DNA of 63,257 nt, filler included, from Bigelowiella natans CCMP2755 (taxonomy: Eukaryota > Protista > Cercozoa): assembly GCA_000320545.1 (NCBI GenBank). It is 3 parts of 3 records of this genome, joined end to end, with 100 filler letters (N's around TTAATTAATTAA, not from the genome) between each part and the next. Parts side by side here need not be neighbours in the genome. Positions count along the whole stretch, not along the records: positions 1 to 28,113 come from ADNK01001565.1; 2 more parts are not named here. One strand, given 5' to 3'. Both the position numbers and the translations under genes were made by a program. Position 1 is the stretch's first letter, and each line of letters starts with the position of its first letter. The notes under the pieces are model-generated. The model was given only the letters and a program-made list of their open reading frames with translations. It did not search any database and was not told the origin of the DNA. Positions 12,283 through 25,260 of the stretch are shown piece by piece.

Positions 12283-14410
12283 CATTCTTTTCAAATGCAA
12301 TGAAAATGATAAAAGAATAGAAAACATATTCACCAATTCTTTCAGGAAGAGACTTCAGCTTGTTCTGATCAATGTCCAATCGTGAAAGCTTCTCAAGCCT
12401 CGTTATGAAGTCGGGTAGAGCCGTGAGGCAGTTTGAAGAGAGCAGAAGCGACTGAAGACTACACTACAGGCATTACACTACAGGCATTTGTGCCTACGGC
12501 TCATGATTCCTCAAGTAAGAATAGTTTTCCCACTGAGTATGCAAGTAATGGAAAGGCCCAGCATGCGGATTGACCATATGGTAATGTCTTCGGATCGGGG
12601 CTGGGAATGGAGTTATGGTTTTGATCATGAGATGGTTCTCTTCCAAAGATCCAGGAAAATTCAGAGACCATTCTGGTAGATCGCTTCTGTGAAGTCTTAA
12701 AAATAATACATTTTACTTTTATATCCATTTCACGAAGCCTAATATCTCCTTTACCTCTCATCAACGCTGAGGTCATTGATTAAGGCTGAGAAAACCAATT
12801 GTCCGAAATTTGTCATCGGCGTTTGAGTATCTCCAGTATTCTTGAAGGGAATCTATGTGATCTCAAGCGTCAAGATGTGAAAGTGGAACTTTGTAAATAC
12901 TGAGACGTTACCATGTCTTTATCTTCTTCGATACTTCCTCCAGAGCTGTAGCATCATTCTTGAAGGGAATCTATGTGATCTCAAGCGTCAAGATGTAAAA
13001 GTGGAACTTTGTAAATACTGAGACGTTACCATGTCTTTATCTTCTTCGATACTTCCTCCAGAGCGTGTAGCATCCCCATTTCGTTTGTGCAATAACAATA
13101 GTAACTCCTACATGGTATATTAGTTTACCATATATCTTGACCTGCAGGCAATGAATGCAGAACATACCGTTCCAAATTGTTCTGTTTTCAGTGCTGCCCT
13201 GGTGCGAAACTGAGTTGCAAGAGTATATGCGAAGTTTTGCAGTTAATAGTTTTAGAATAACGTACTGTTTTTTGGTTCTTCTCATCTTCATTCTCATTAA
13301 TGCCTACTTGAAGAAACTGTACTAGCTGGTTTACACCTGTTGTGTAAAATACAATATCTTTGTTGCGAATTGTAATCAAATGAATCTGATAACCATTTTG
13401 TGCGAGGAACGTCAAGTGAGAGTTGTTCTTCTGCCAGACATTGGATCCTAAGGGAAAAAATATCACTTAAAAAATGGAAAATGTGACGCAATTGCACAAA
13501 TTTACCGAGGTTCCAAATTCGTAGATTTTCACAGAAAACATCCCCTTCACCTGAATCCATAGATAACTCAACTTTAACTCTCTCAGCTTTAAGTGATTTT
13601 GATTATACCCAAGCTGCTGGCTTCTATTAATGTGGCAGAAGAAGAAAGTTCTGATTCCGATATCTTTCCGTCCCCATACTTTGGTACATCCTCCTGAATC
13701 TCCCTCAAATCCATCACACTGTGGATAACAGTGTACATGGCTGTGGTGGCGATATATCAAACAACACAGTCTTTATAATGTGAACCCGCTGTTGAAAACA
13801 AAAAGCGCTACAAACTGGCTTCAAAATGAGAAAAAGATTATTCGTACGTATTTTGGCGTCCGGTTTCACCATTTCGAGCCCCTCCTTGCAAACGATCTGC
13901 GGTGGAGAAATACTTAATTGTAGAAGCACCGCACAGCTTGTTGTACACATTAGGGACGAAATTGTTCTAGTCTGCAACTTACCGTCGAAGATATCCTTAA
14001 GAATTTCTTCTTTGGTGAGCGGTTTCGTCTTATGTCATCTTTAGTAGATGTCTGAGAGAGCATAAAATCAGAGCTGCCTGCAACAAGCTGAGTACGAGTT
14101 ACTCGAAGACTTGACCTTTTGGATGCCTGCATCAACCGTCCAGCCAGGAAATTCAGCAGATTCATCCGTTGCTGCTGCAACTATTGAGACCCGCAACCCA
14201 TAGATCAGGATACCTCCTCCCCGTAGGGCTCTCGTACAGGTTCTATCCAGATGAGTCGACCATTGAAAGGGCGTGCTACCGAGCTCCGGCGCCGATCCGA
14301 TGCCAAGCTTCTATAGAGTCTCACGTGCGTTTCCGTATGAAACTCCACGTTTGGGTTGATGACAATACGATTTACAGGTAGTTTTGCCGATAGAATGTTG
14401 TCGCATTGCA
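11884..14410 (-). CDS. Multi-exon protein with C-terminal leucine-rich repeats; N-terminal part unidentified, start approximate
   Basis: LRR exons SLLLSSNCLTALPDFITRLEKLSRLDIDQNKLKSLPERI and MQELNLSNNRLDSLPSTIGDLKKLKSVKLATNPL; upstream exons join in frame via short GT-AG introns. Confidence 0.65.
12838..13074. repeat. 118-bp tandem duplication spanning an exon end, an intron and an exon start
   Basis: 12838-12955 and 12956-13074 are identical except for one substitution and one 1-nt indel. Confidence 0.9.
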
Positions 14411-15078
14411 GATTTCCATTCAGTAAATGCTACGACAACAAACACGATGCATCACACGATCGAGTACTTTCAACCAGCTGATGTGAATTGACAATTTCGC
14501 ATGGGTTTCCAGGGTTTCGTACACAACGACAAGGAAGTGGAAAGGCAGGACTACGGACATTTTGTTGATGAGAAAGACGTAGATTTTCATACGACGACAA
14601 CTGATTTGATCTAGACGTCTAAGGATAAAAGTGGGGAATTTTCACTCGGATCGAACCAGCGAGAAGTGCGCAAGGTCCGTAGCAGCTTTTGGAAATAAAA
14701 TCTAATGCGAAAGCTGAATAAATGGGATGTAAATCTTTAATGAGACAAGAATTTTCCTTTGTCCAAAGTTAATATTGGATACGTTAGCCGGCTTTCTCGC
14801 AAGTCAAAACGGGTGAAAAAGTCTGAATTTCTATTAGCTCACCACCAAGGTCGGGCATGAAGGGCGGGGGGGGGGAGCGGGAGTACAGTTAAGATTGTCT
14901 GAGCTCTAAAGGGAAATAAAATTCATGGACAAAATATTTACATGGCTGCTGTTTTTTTAGGAAGGGCGGAGGGAACACGAAAGATATTGATCGAGATTAA
15001 GATTCGTGCAACCAAATAAGTTGGCGGAGTGTTTGACCTGCGCAAGGGAAAGGAAAGTCTACAGAAACTCATAGAAGG

Positions 15079-16636
15079 ATGTCGATGCACCTTTATGCTC
15101 TGACCCTGCAGAAGGCCACCGCCATCACCCAGGCGATTTACGGCAACTTCTCTGCTCCAAAGGTATTTATTTAAATCATTCGCATAAAGCAGCATCCAAT
15201 ATAACTCGGTCACTCAGGCACAAGAGATTGTGGTGGCGCGTGGAAAAATTCTTGAGTTACTTCGACCCGATGATACCGGGAAGGTGATAATTAAAATTAA
15301 AACGTGCTTCGCACTGCCATAGAAGTAATCCTCATAAACGCATTCTAAACGGACTCTTTTGTGTGGAACAAACGTCAGGTCCAATCAATTTTAAGTTGGG
15401 AGTGCTTTGGGATCATTAGATGCATTTACCCCTTTCGGCTGCTAAGTAATGATTTTAAGATTATTTTGTTAGTTGTCTTAACGTCAAAGGCTTAACGTCA
15501 AATCTTAGTATTTTGTTACGAAATCATGTGGATGATTGTGAATTTGTGTGAACCGCATACACACATACACACATACACGTATGAAAACGGATGAAATTAT
15601 GCGCCTGTACGCATTCACACAAACACACATAGATACACACATAATCAATACAAACATATCGCGTGTATTTGTGGGTGTCGTCGCTCTGCTCAAAATTCAC
15701 TCGAAATACGTCTTCATGACATAACTAACTGTAGGTGGTAAAAGAGACTACATTGTCGTTGGCAGCGACTCGGGACGTATAGTGGTCCTCCAATTCGATG
15801 AGGTACTACCCATCACAAATCCTCCTAATCCTAAAATTGTTGCTTATATCTGATCATTATGAATAACTTCTGGTAGCAAAAGAATAAGTTCCTCAAGATC
15901 CATGAAGAAACCTTCGGAAAGAGTGGATGCAGACGCATTGTACGTGGCCATCATTCATCAAAATTAGCCAATGAAAATGCACAAAAACGCATCGTATAGT
16001 ATCGGTTTCAGCTGATGTAGTATACCATGGCTTCAGACGGGTCTCTTTGTATTCCTTAAATGCTCGATGTAAACGAGATTTGAGAGATATGAATGCCTGC
16101 TATACACCGTTGATAATAGCCCATCTTCACTTCCTTTACTCTATGGTAGGTTCCGGGCCAATACGTTGCTGGTGATCCCCACGGAAGGGCAATAATGATC
16201 GGAGCTATAGAGAAGCAAAAGCTTGTCTACATTCTCAATCGTCAGTTTCAGCACACACACCTTTGCCGCCCTCCCCTTTCCAATGCCAATTACTCTATTC
16301 TGGGATTTACAAAATACTAAACGAGGAGGGACGTGTTAAAAAGATGAACACAAGGCGTGCCAGCAAGCTAATAGATCTTCCTTTTCTAGGTGATGGAATG
16401 AATCAGCTCACGATATCCTCTCCTCTAGAGGCACATAAGGTGTAGATACAACACAGTGTTTACTTGCGACTGCAGAGTATGTTCCCTTTTTCTCTCCCCC
16501 TTCCTCTATTGGTCTGATCCCCGTCTTTCTCGTTTCGCCAGAGTCATACTATCATCCATTCCATCGTTGGCGTGGATAACGGCTTTGAGAATCCTATCTT
16601 CGCGTGTCTAGAGGTGAGTTGCCAGTAAACTCCAAA

Positions 16637-16686
<50 letters not shown>

Positions 16687-19600
16687 AGCTTGGGTAGTTT
16701 TAGAGTGTGGAAATGCTGCCTCCCTGTCAGGGTTATTGATTTACAGTTTCCCTCTTTTTCTCTACATCAGTGCGACTATCAGGATGTTAAATACGATGAA
16801 AAAAACAAATTGGTAATGAAGTTCTCTGGAAGATTAGAGCAGCGCTGTGCGAGTCTGTGTTGCTTCAGTGGGGGGGAGGCGGGTTAGGTCATTTGCGAGG
16901 AATGTGTTGCCGGGTGTTGCCGTAACGTATGGAACTATCATATAGGTGCCCCCCCCGAAAAACCTTACATTCTACGAGCTTGACCTCGGACTGAATCACG
17001 TCACTAGGTGCCGCTGCTGCCTGCTCATCTTGCGAGAAATTGTATCGGAAATTGTCTGTTACTTGATAATGAAACGGGAAAGTGAAATATGAATCATGCC
17101 ACTGACGGTACTGATAGTATGATGATGGTGGTGATAATGTGTGCTAAGTGATTATTTCTTTTTCCTTTCTCCGTACATTCTAACGTCATATGCTATAAAA
17201 CGCTATTGAATAGAAAATGGTCGTCTGAGACAGAGCCATCAGCCAACCTCCTCATTGCAGGTGATTGAAGAAAAGTTGAGAGTTGAGGGAGGGAGTGAGG
17301 GTGGCGGGGGGGGGGTAGAGGGATTTCCAGAAAGTTATTTTTTCGTGCATTTTTCCAAATATCTTAACCTTGCTCTTCCGGTACCGTTGTTGTTTTCAGT
17401 TCCTGGTGGGGAGTCGGGCCCCGGAGGTGTCTTGGTATGTAAAGAAGAACAGACTCACGAAAACGATCAAATGAACAGGGGGAGAAGAGAGAGGGGGAAA
17501 TAAAAAGAAAAAATGAAAAGGAGGAGCGCATGAACACCAAAAAAAAATTAAAAAGAAACATGAAAAGCCTGCTGCATTGAGAACTTTTATCCTTAACATT
17601 TGTAACTCCTTGCAGGTCTGTTGCGAAAACTACGTGATCTACAAGAACATGGGCCACGATGACGTCAAAGTGCCTATTCCAAGGCGGCTCGGCATGGACG
17701 ATGATAAGCCACTCTTGATCGTCACCTCAGCTACACATAAACAGAAGCGAATGTTCTTTTTCCTGGTAAGAAATGAAGGGAGGGGGGTCAGGACTACGGT
17801 GAGGGAAGTTGGCGGATAGGAAGGAGAACAGGCAGTAGTCATATGAAGGAGTCTCCTTGTTTTGCGTGGATTTAGTGAAACATTAATATTCATCGGGTGA
17901 ATCATCAGGTACAAACCGAGTTTGGAGACATCTACCGCATCTCCATTCAGTATGAGGAGGATGAGGTGGACGATGTGTTAATAAAGTACTTCGACACGAT
18001 CCCCCCAGCTGTCAGTATTTGCGTCCTGAGAACAGGGTAACAACAGCATCCGGGTTAGATATGGGAGGAGGAGGAAAAGGGGTGTAGTATATTAGGAAAA
18101 AGAGGAGAGGAATATATTCGAGTATTATTTCACAACTGCCAGGTCACTGCTAGTCGCCATCGTCGCCACCATCATCATCATTATCATCAATCGTCATCGT
18201 TTTCTTTTATCGCTGCCGATGTCCTCACGGACACCAGCCTGCGTCTCTACTACTACTAACTACTACTATCATCATCTCAGTTTTCTGTTCGCGGCTTCGG
18301 AGACAGGCGACCACTATCTATTCCAAATTCAAGGTTTTGTGCTTTCCCCCAACTATCGCCCCCGCCCTCCCCCTTCCCCCTTTCTTTCACCAAGCAATTT
18401 TGCGAGAGGAATCTGCCATTGGCGGTGGCGGCGTCGTCAGCAGCAACCATCATCATCATCACCTCGACGTATCTTGTGACAGGCATTGGAGAGGACGACG
18501 ACACGGTGGAAACAAGCATGCAGAATCTGAATGACCCATGGAAACTGTTCAAGCCAAGGAAGATCAAGAACCTGGCGCTCATAGATGAGATGGAGTCCCC
18601 ATCGCCAGTACTCGATACGAAGGTGGGCTGATGGGGATGATTCGGCTGGATTTGGGGGGGAGGGGATATGGGCAACTCTTCACCTACGGGAGAATGAAAC
18701 ACATGACACTATTATTGTAAGCCGAGTGTATGGAGATTAATTCGAGTCCATATATACCCACGCACATACAGAGAGAGCGAGAGAGGAGGGGGGGGGGGGG
18801 GGGGAGATTAAGAAAGGGAGATGCACACACACGCGCACACACTACTATATATATGCTTATGGAAATGAATCACTCTTCCAACAAGGTGGGCGACTTTGCG
18901 GGAGAGGGCACACCGCAGATCTACACGTTGTGCGGAAAGGGAAATAGGTCATAATAACCACCAACCTTTATCAAGTACAAAAGAAGGAGGAGATAAACGA
19001 GGAGGAACTGAGAAGAAGGCTTAAGGGAACATCAGAGGAATAAACTACCATACGTCGCCGCCGCCTGCGCCATTTTCTTATCAGCATCGCTGCCCCTAAT
19101 ACTCATAATAATTATGCTAATATCGACCTTTTTACAGATCCACTCTGCGCGTGTTGCGACACGGTCTCGCCGTCACAGAGATGGCGGTAAGTAACAACCA
19201 AAAACGTTTTGAACCAGAAAAGAAGAGAATTTTACAGAATCAAGAACCCGGAGGGTTTCTTGGGGGGGGGGGGGGCACAGCGGAACGGGATATATTCATG
19301 TTCTATATTTCTGAATCACTGCTGTCGTTGAATACGCGTCGTACGCCATTGAAACCATTTTTTCCCCATGGTCCATTGGTTGTCGAGTCGTATGTTTGGA
19401 GTATATCATGTCAGCATTGCCCAAGTATTTTTCCCTATCGAGTCGTCGTTTATTTTCTTCACATTTTGTGTTGCAATGCTGTTCTGTTGATCTCTCCTAG
19501 GTGTCTGAGCTTCCAGGGAATCCAAAATTCGTCTGGGCCGTAAAGACCAAGCGTAGCGACGAGTTTTGCAAGTACATCGTCGTTAGCTTCGACAACGGTA

Positions 19601-21568
19601 CTTTTGTGGTGGAAAAAGAGAAACGAACATAATAAAGATAGTGATGAGGATGATGATGACGACGACGACGACGACGACGACGACGATAACAAAAAAGGCT
19701 GAGCTTACGTCTCTATTGAATTAGGCGTGTTAATTGAGATAAGTTTACGCGTTAAATAGTAACATAATCGTCGTCGTTATAGGTACCATCGTTCTGTCGA
19801 TTGGAGAAAAGGTCACGGAGGTGACTGACAGCGGTAAGGACGAATCGAAGCGATACACAACAACTGAGAGGATAGAGACAGAAAAAATGAGTTTCCTTTG
19901 CGGAGAGAGAACTGGGATGTAACAACAAGTTCTGAAATCCCACCGAATTATCATGGGACAAAACTAATCGATTTCTCGTCGATATTTAAAGCACTGCTAT
20001 CATCTTCCTCTTCCTCTTCGAAACAACAAAACTTTTCGTCCTTCTCGGATGTAAACTTTCTTTTCCTTTCCCACCTGACCCAAAACAGGCATTCTAGACA
20101 CCCAGACGCTGTCGCTTTCGCTTCTCAACGACGATTCCCTGCTGCAGATCCACCCCAAGGGCATGCGGCATATTCGCCCAGGTAAACCGGTAAACGAGTG
20201 GAAAACGCCTGGTCAGCGGCAAATCGCCAAGTGCGCTGTCAACAGCCGGCAAGCTGTGGTCGCACTGGTAGGTGGCGAGATCATCTACTTCGAGACGGAT
20301 AATATGGGTCAGCTGATGGATCTCCAGAGAACCGATATGCAAAACGACGTCGCAGCGCTCGCCCTTGCGCCTATACAACCTGGCCAGCGGAAGGCTCTGT
20401 TCATGGCCGTGGGGTGCTTCGACAACACCGTACGCATTCTGTCGCTCGATAACAACCAGCTTCTCTCCCAGCTAACGCTGCAAGCGGTCTGTCACGTTCT
20501 CCATTCCCTATATTCGCAATATGTGTTGTGTTGCCGGCTATTGCTGCTGCTGCTGTTTTCATTGCTCTTGTGGTTTGTATGAGGGAGAAGAAGGGATGAT
20601 GATAAAACACATCAAAAGAGTAGTGGGCTGAACAATCATGTTGATTATCATGTCTGGACCCCTGACTTTCTTCTCCGAATGAGAGCGAGCGCTGCCATGA
20701 GTGGGGTGATGCGAAGAAGAGGGTTGCGAGCCTGCCACATTACTCTTGGAGAAGACCCTTTGTTTGGCATCGTCCTCGTCGTCGTCCTCTTCTTTTCCAG
20801 TGAGAATCATAACAATGACTCATGACGAAAAGAAAAGTCGTGATCATGGCGATGGTAGACGAGGGTCAACCAGAGAGGCCAAGCTCCGCGGAACCACCCT
20901 TTTAAATTTTCTTCTTCTTCGTTTCACTTGTGACTCGTGATCCTGATCTCCTCCGCACTTCCCCCTCCTACCTGCCTCCCTCCCCTTAACCCCCAAAAGG
21001 TAAACGCAGTGCCAAGCTCTATCCTATTGACGCGCATGACTGCGGAGGAGGGCAAGGAGGCCAAGGGGAAGCTCTTCCTCTACGCCGGTCTCAAGAACGG
21101 TGTTCTCATCCGCTCGGCGGTTGACGAAGCCAACGGCACCCTCAGCGATGACCGAAAGAGGTTCCTGGGCCCCCGCGAGGTCCAATTGCGCGAAGTAAGC
21201 ATCTATGAACGCCCTGCGGTCATGGCGCTCTCGACGCGCTCGTGGTTGTCGTACACGTACCAAGGCCGCTTTCACATGACCCCGATGAGTTACGAGGAGC
21301 TGGCAGACGTGTCGGCGTTCTCCTCCGAGCAGTGCCCGGAGGGCATCGTCGCCATCACGGACGGGAGTCTTCGCATTGTGACGCTGGAGAAGCTCGGCGA
21401 TCTGTTCAACACGACGATGCTGCCCCTCAGCTACACGCCGAGGCGCATGGCCGTGCACCCAGAGACGAACCACCTTATCGTCATCGAGGCCGACAACCAG
21501 ACCTACCCGCTGGCCGAGAAGAAAGAAATGGAAAAGGCGATGAATGAGGGCGAGGGTAGTCGTGCTTG

Positions 21569-21608
<40 letters not shown>

Positions 21609-22304
21609 TTCGTGATTATTATGAGGGAGAAGAAGGGATGATGATAAAACACATCAAAAGAGTAGTGGGCTGAACAATCATGTTGATTATCATGTCTGGA
21701 CCCCTGACTTTCTTCTCCGAATGAGAGCGATTGCTGCTGTTGTTGTTAGTGCTATTAATGCAGTCATTCGGCATTAGCCTTAAAGGATCCAATGAATCGT
21801 GCACTGACACTTTCCTGCTGCTGCTGCTGTTGTGCTGCCTGTTGTTTGTGGTTGTTCGTCGTCATTCCTTCCTCAGACTCGAAGGAGGAGTCCTCATCAA
21901 AGCGGCGCCGGCTGCAAGGCGGCAAGTATGAGGAGAGCAACGGAAAGAAGGCCAAGGAGGAGAAAAAGGACATGGAAGAGGAGGATGAGGATGAAGATGA
22001 GGATATCGACGAGGAGGAACAGGCAAAGCTGAAAACCTTCCTGGGCGAGCTCTACCGCCCTGCTGCTGGCAAATGGGCCTCTTGCATACGCGTGGTGGAC
22101 CCGAAGACGTTAGAGACCGTTTGCGTGGAGGAGCTCGGAAACAATGAGGCGGCGTTCTCTGTAGCTGTGATCCAGTTCGGCAGTAAGGATGATGGGTATT
22201 ACATCTGTGTCGGCACCGTCAAGGATCTCGTCATGTCTCCTCGGAAGCATAGCGGTGAGTGTGAGCTTGGGCGTTTTTCACGTATGCGTGTGTCTCTTCT
22301 CTCT

Positions 22305-22345
<41 letters not shown>

Positions 22346-23862
22346 ACTCTGTGTGTGTGTCGGTGGGTGGGTGGGTGTGTCAAATATGCTTTGATAATGG
22401 TGGTGATAATGTGGTGGTTCTTTGACGTCTTTGTTGCCGTAATGCAAACGTCATTGCTTAATCTTTATATCTTGATCGCCATTGTGGTTGCTCATTATCA
22501 TCCCCATCATCATCATCATCATCCTCCTCCTCCTCCTTCTCATCATCATCATCATCATCATCAGGCGGCTTCATAAACACCTATCGGCTAGTAACGGGCT
22601 CCTCCAAGACGGAGCTGCAGCTTGTCCACAAGACCCAAGTGCACGATGTGTGTCTCGCTATGACGCAATTCGACAAGAAACTGCTTGCAGGCGTGGGGCG
22701 GTACCTACGCATCTACGACCTCGGAAAGAAGAAGTTGCTGCGAAAGTGTGAGAATAAGAGCTTTCCTACCACCATCTGCACGCTCGATACCAAAGGGTCC
22801 CGCATCTACGTTGGGGATCTGTGCGAGTCCTTTCATCTCGTCAAGTAAGTGATGACTATTGATGGTGATGATGATGATGAGGATGATGATGATGATGATG
22901 ATTCTACTTATTCTTAACGCGTGTTATGTTTGCAAGCTTTCAAAACACCTGTTTATTCTGAGAACAAGTGGGTGCTATGTTGCATTGTCGCAAACGCAAG
23001 ATGGTGCGTAGCGTCCTCACTTTGATTGGCTCCCCCTCTCTTCCTTCTTTTCATTCTCATTTATTTTGTTTGTAAATCGCCTCGTGTCGATAGGTACAAG
23101 CCATCAACGAAGCAGTTTTACATATTCGCCGACACTACGCACCCCTTCTACACGACGTCACGGTGTTTGTTGGACTACAACACGATCGCGGGGGGAGATA
23201 AATTCGGTAACCTACTTGTGACGCGACTGCCAGACTCTGTCACGGAAGAGAAGGAGGAGGACCCCATAGGTAGTAACAAGGATCACACAACAGAAACAAG
23301 AAAATAATCACCATTTTAATGATTATAATGTTGTCACAATAACCATACAAAATCCTAACGATGACATCTTAAATATCTCACGATCCAATCCCCCCCTCCC
23401 CATCCCCTCCCGAACCACCCTTTAGGTTTGCAAGGCAAGTTTGGTAAAGGCCGGCTGAGCTCCGCAGCCAACAAGATGTCTTCCGTTGTTAACTATTACG
23501 TGGGAGAGATGATTTCGTCTCTGCAGAAGACCGCCCTTGTCCCTGCGGGTCCTGAAGTGTTGTTTTTCGCAACAGTAATGGGGGGTGTAGGCATCTTCGT
23601 CCCTTTCCAGTCCCGAGAGGACGTCGAATTCTTCTCGCACCTCGAGATGCACCTGCGACAGGAAAACCCACCGTTGTGCGGCCGAGACCACCTGTCATTC
23701 CGTTCATACTACTCACCTGTGAAGGAGTGCATCGATGGTGATCTGTGCGAGCAATTCTCCGCCCTCGAGTACAAGAAACAGGTCGAGATCGCGGAGGAGC
23801 TGATGTGCACGCCCTCTGAGGTTACCAAGCGCCTGGAGGAGATGCGAAATCGGGTGTTGTAA
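15079..23862 (+). CDS. SF3B3: Splicing factor 3B subunit 3 (SAP130/Rse1), >20 exons
   Basis: MHLYALTLQKATAITQAIYGNFSAPK; DYIVVGSDSGRI; KIHEETFGKSGCRRI|VPGQY; YELDLGLNHV; LRVLRHGLAVTEMA; LSYTPRR; LRIYDLGKKKLLRKCENK; GGDKFGN; PPLCGRDHLSFRSYYSPVKECIDGDLCEQF. Confidence 0.97.
20578..20688. repeat. 111-bp intronic element, copy 1 (identical copy at 21620-21730)
   Basis: TATGAGGGAGAAGAAGGGATG...CTCCGAATGAGAGCGA occurs in two consecutive SF3B3 introns. Confidence 0.9.
21620..21730. repeat. 111-bp intronic element, copy 2
   Basis: Same sequence as 20578-20688. Confidence 0.9.
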
Positions 23863-24120
23863 ACTTAGACTTGAGTGGGATTGAGCTGAGGACTGGTTTC
23901 TACAACACATGCATGTTGATATCTTCATTGCATCAAAGCCGTGGCACACAATGCCTGCTCGCCCGCTTTGCTGCATTTCAGCACGAGTTATGTTCCTAGG
24001 TTCCTGCTACATTCCATGTGCATTTTTTTAAGCATGTAGCAATCATCTATCGACTTACTCGCAATTGCTTACACACTACAAGTGTGCAGTCTAGCAGTGC
24101 CACGCAGTGAGGCAGCCAGA

Positions 24121-25260
24121 GGGCACGGCAGTTGGCACTGCAGTGTGCACCGTGTCATGCACAATGCTCCTTGCGTGCGTTGGGATCATCAGCACTGCTA
24201 GACTAGCTTGCTAGAGCAGTGAAATGCTTTGCATTGCTGCATCAAAGTGATGATGTTTCGACAGTGACAATCTAGCACAAATCCGTCAAACCTGCAACGA
24301 GTCGCCAGAATGTGCATTTGGAAGCTTTTGCACGCGACCAAGCGCGTCATGTGATGCAACAGACATTGGATTTGCTCGCATTTCTTTGAAATTTTTCGTG
24401 CACATCACATTTGGTCAAACGCACACGCAAAAGCATTCAAAATGTGGCAGAGAACAAACGCGCAGCGTGCATCCGCCACACAACGGGTGTGAATTTTCAC
24501 AGCTTGAGGCCTTCAAAATGGACATTTTGTGGAATTTTGGTCAACATTTCGGTCATTTTTTCAGGTTTGGCCATCGGACAAGTTCTGATGACTTTTCTTT
24601 GACCAACTGCAACTGCCTGCTGCTTCAAAGCGCGTCGCAAAGCGCTGCACTGTTCACAACCCCGTCGTCACCGGGTTTGACGGACTTGTGAGGCAATGCC
24701 AGAATGCCAGTGATTGTGCGATGCGACAAATGTGGATGCGGTGACTCAAGGCCAGACACACCAAAAAAATCTCTGTTTCTTCACCACCATGCTGGCATGC
24801 TGTGCCACGCTAGCACGCCGTGGTGTGCTCAAGTCTGGTGCTGCCTCTGCTGCTCTGGATGCCGTGTGTGGTTGCACATTCATGTCTAGTTCTGGTGTGC
24901 ACGCACGAGCTCTAGACCTGACCAGCTACCATTCTTCTTTCTTCGATGAAATCGGTTTGAGAGCAACAACAGGCCCAGGCCCACTTCAGAAAGTCAAAAG
25001 TGAACCAAGTTGGAAACGCGCGCGCGTGCGCGAAAGCTTGCAAAGATCTGGAGATCACCAGCCAGTTTGCAGCTTCACTTTGGACGATCCAACACAGTGT
25101 CACAGTTGACATGGTAGTGAGACTTGTCTGATTTTTGCACGAGCACGAACGTCAGTGAACGAGTGAACGATCTTGTTCCGCCATTCACATCATTGAAGCG
25201 GTCAGTGGTTGAAAGGATCACGGAACACGCTGATTCATCCGCAAGTGAACAAACGAGCGA
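24121..25260. other. TpA-depleted intergenic tract (putative hypermutated relic of a gene or transposon)
   Basis: Manual count of 9 TA in 1140 bp (7 CTAG, 1 CTAC, 1 GTAG); none in 24275-24810; TG/CA abundant and CG retained; no recognisable ORF. Confidence 0.8.

Noticed and set aside
24121-25260. CpG-methylation decay or fungal RIP as the cause of TG/CA richness
   Set aside because: CpG is abundant (e.g. CGCGCGCG near 25017) and TpA is lost rather than gained.
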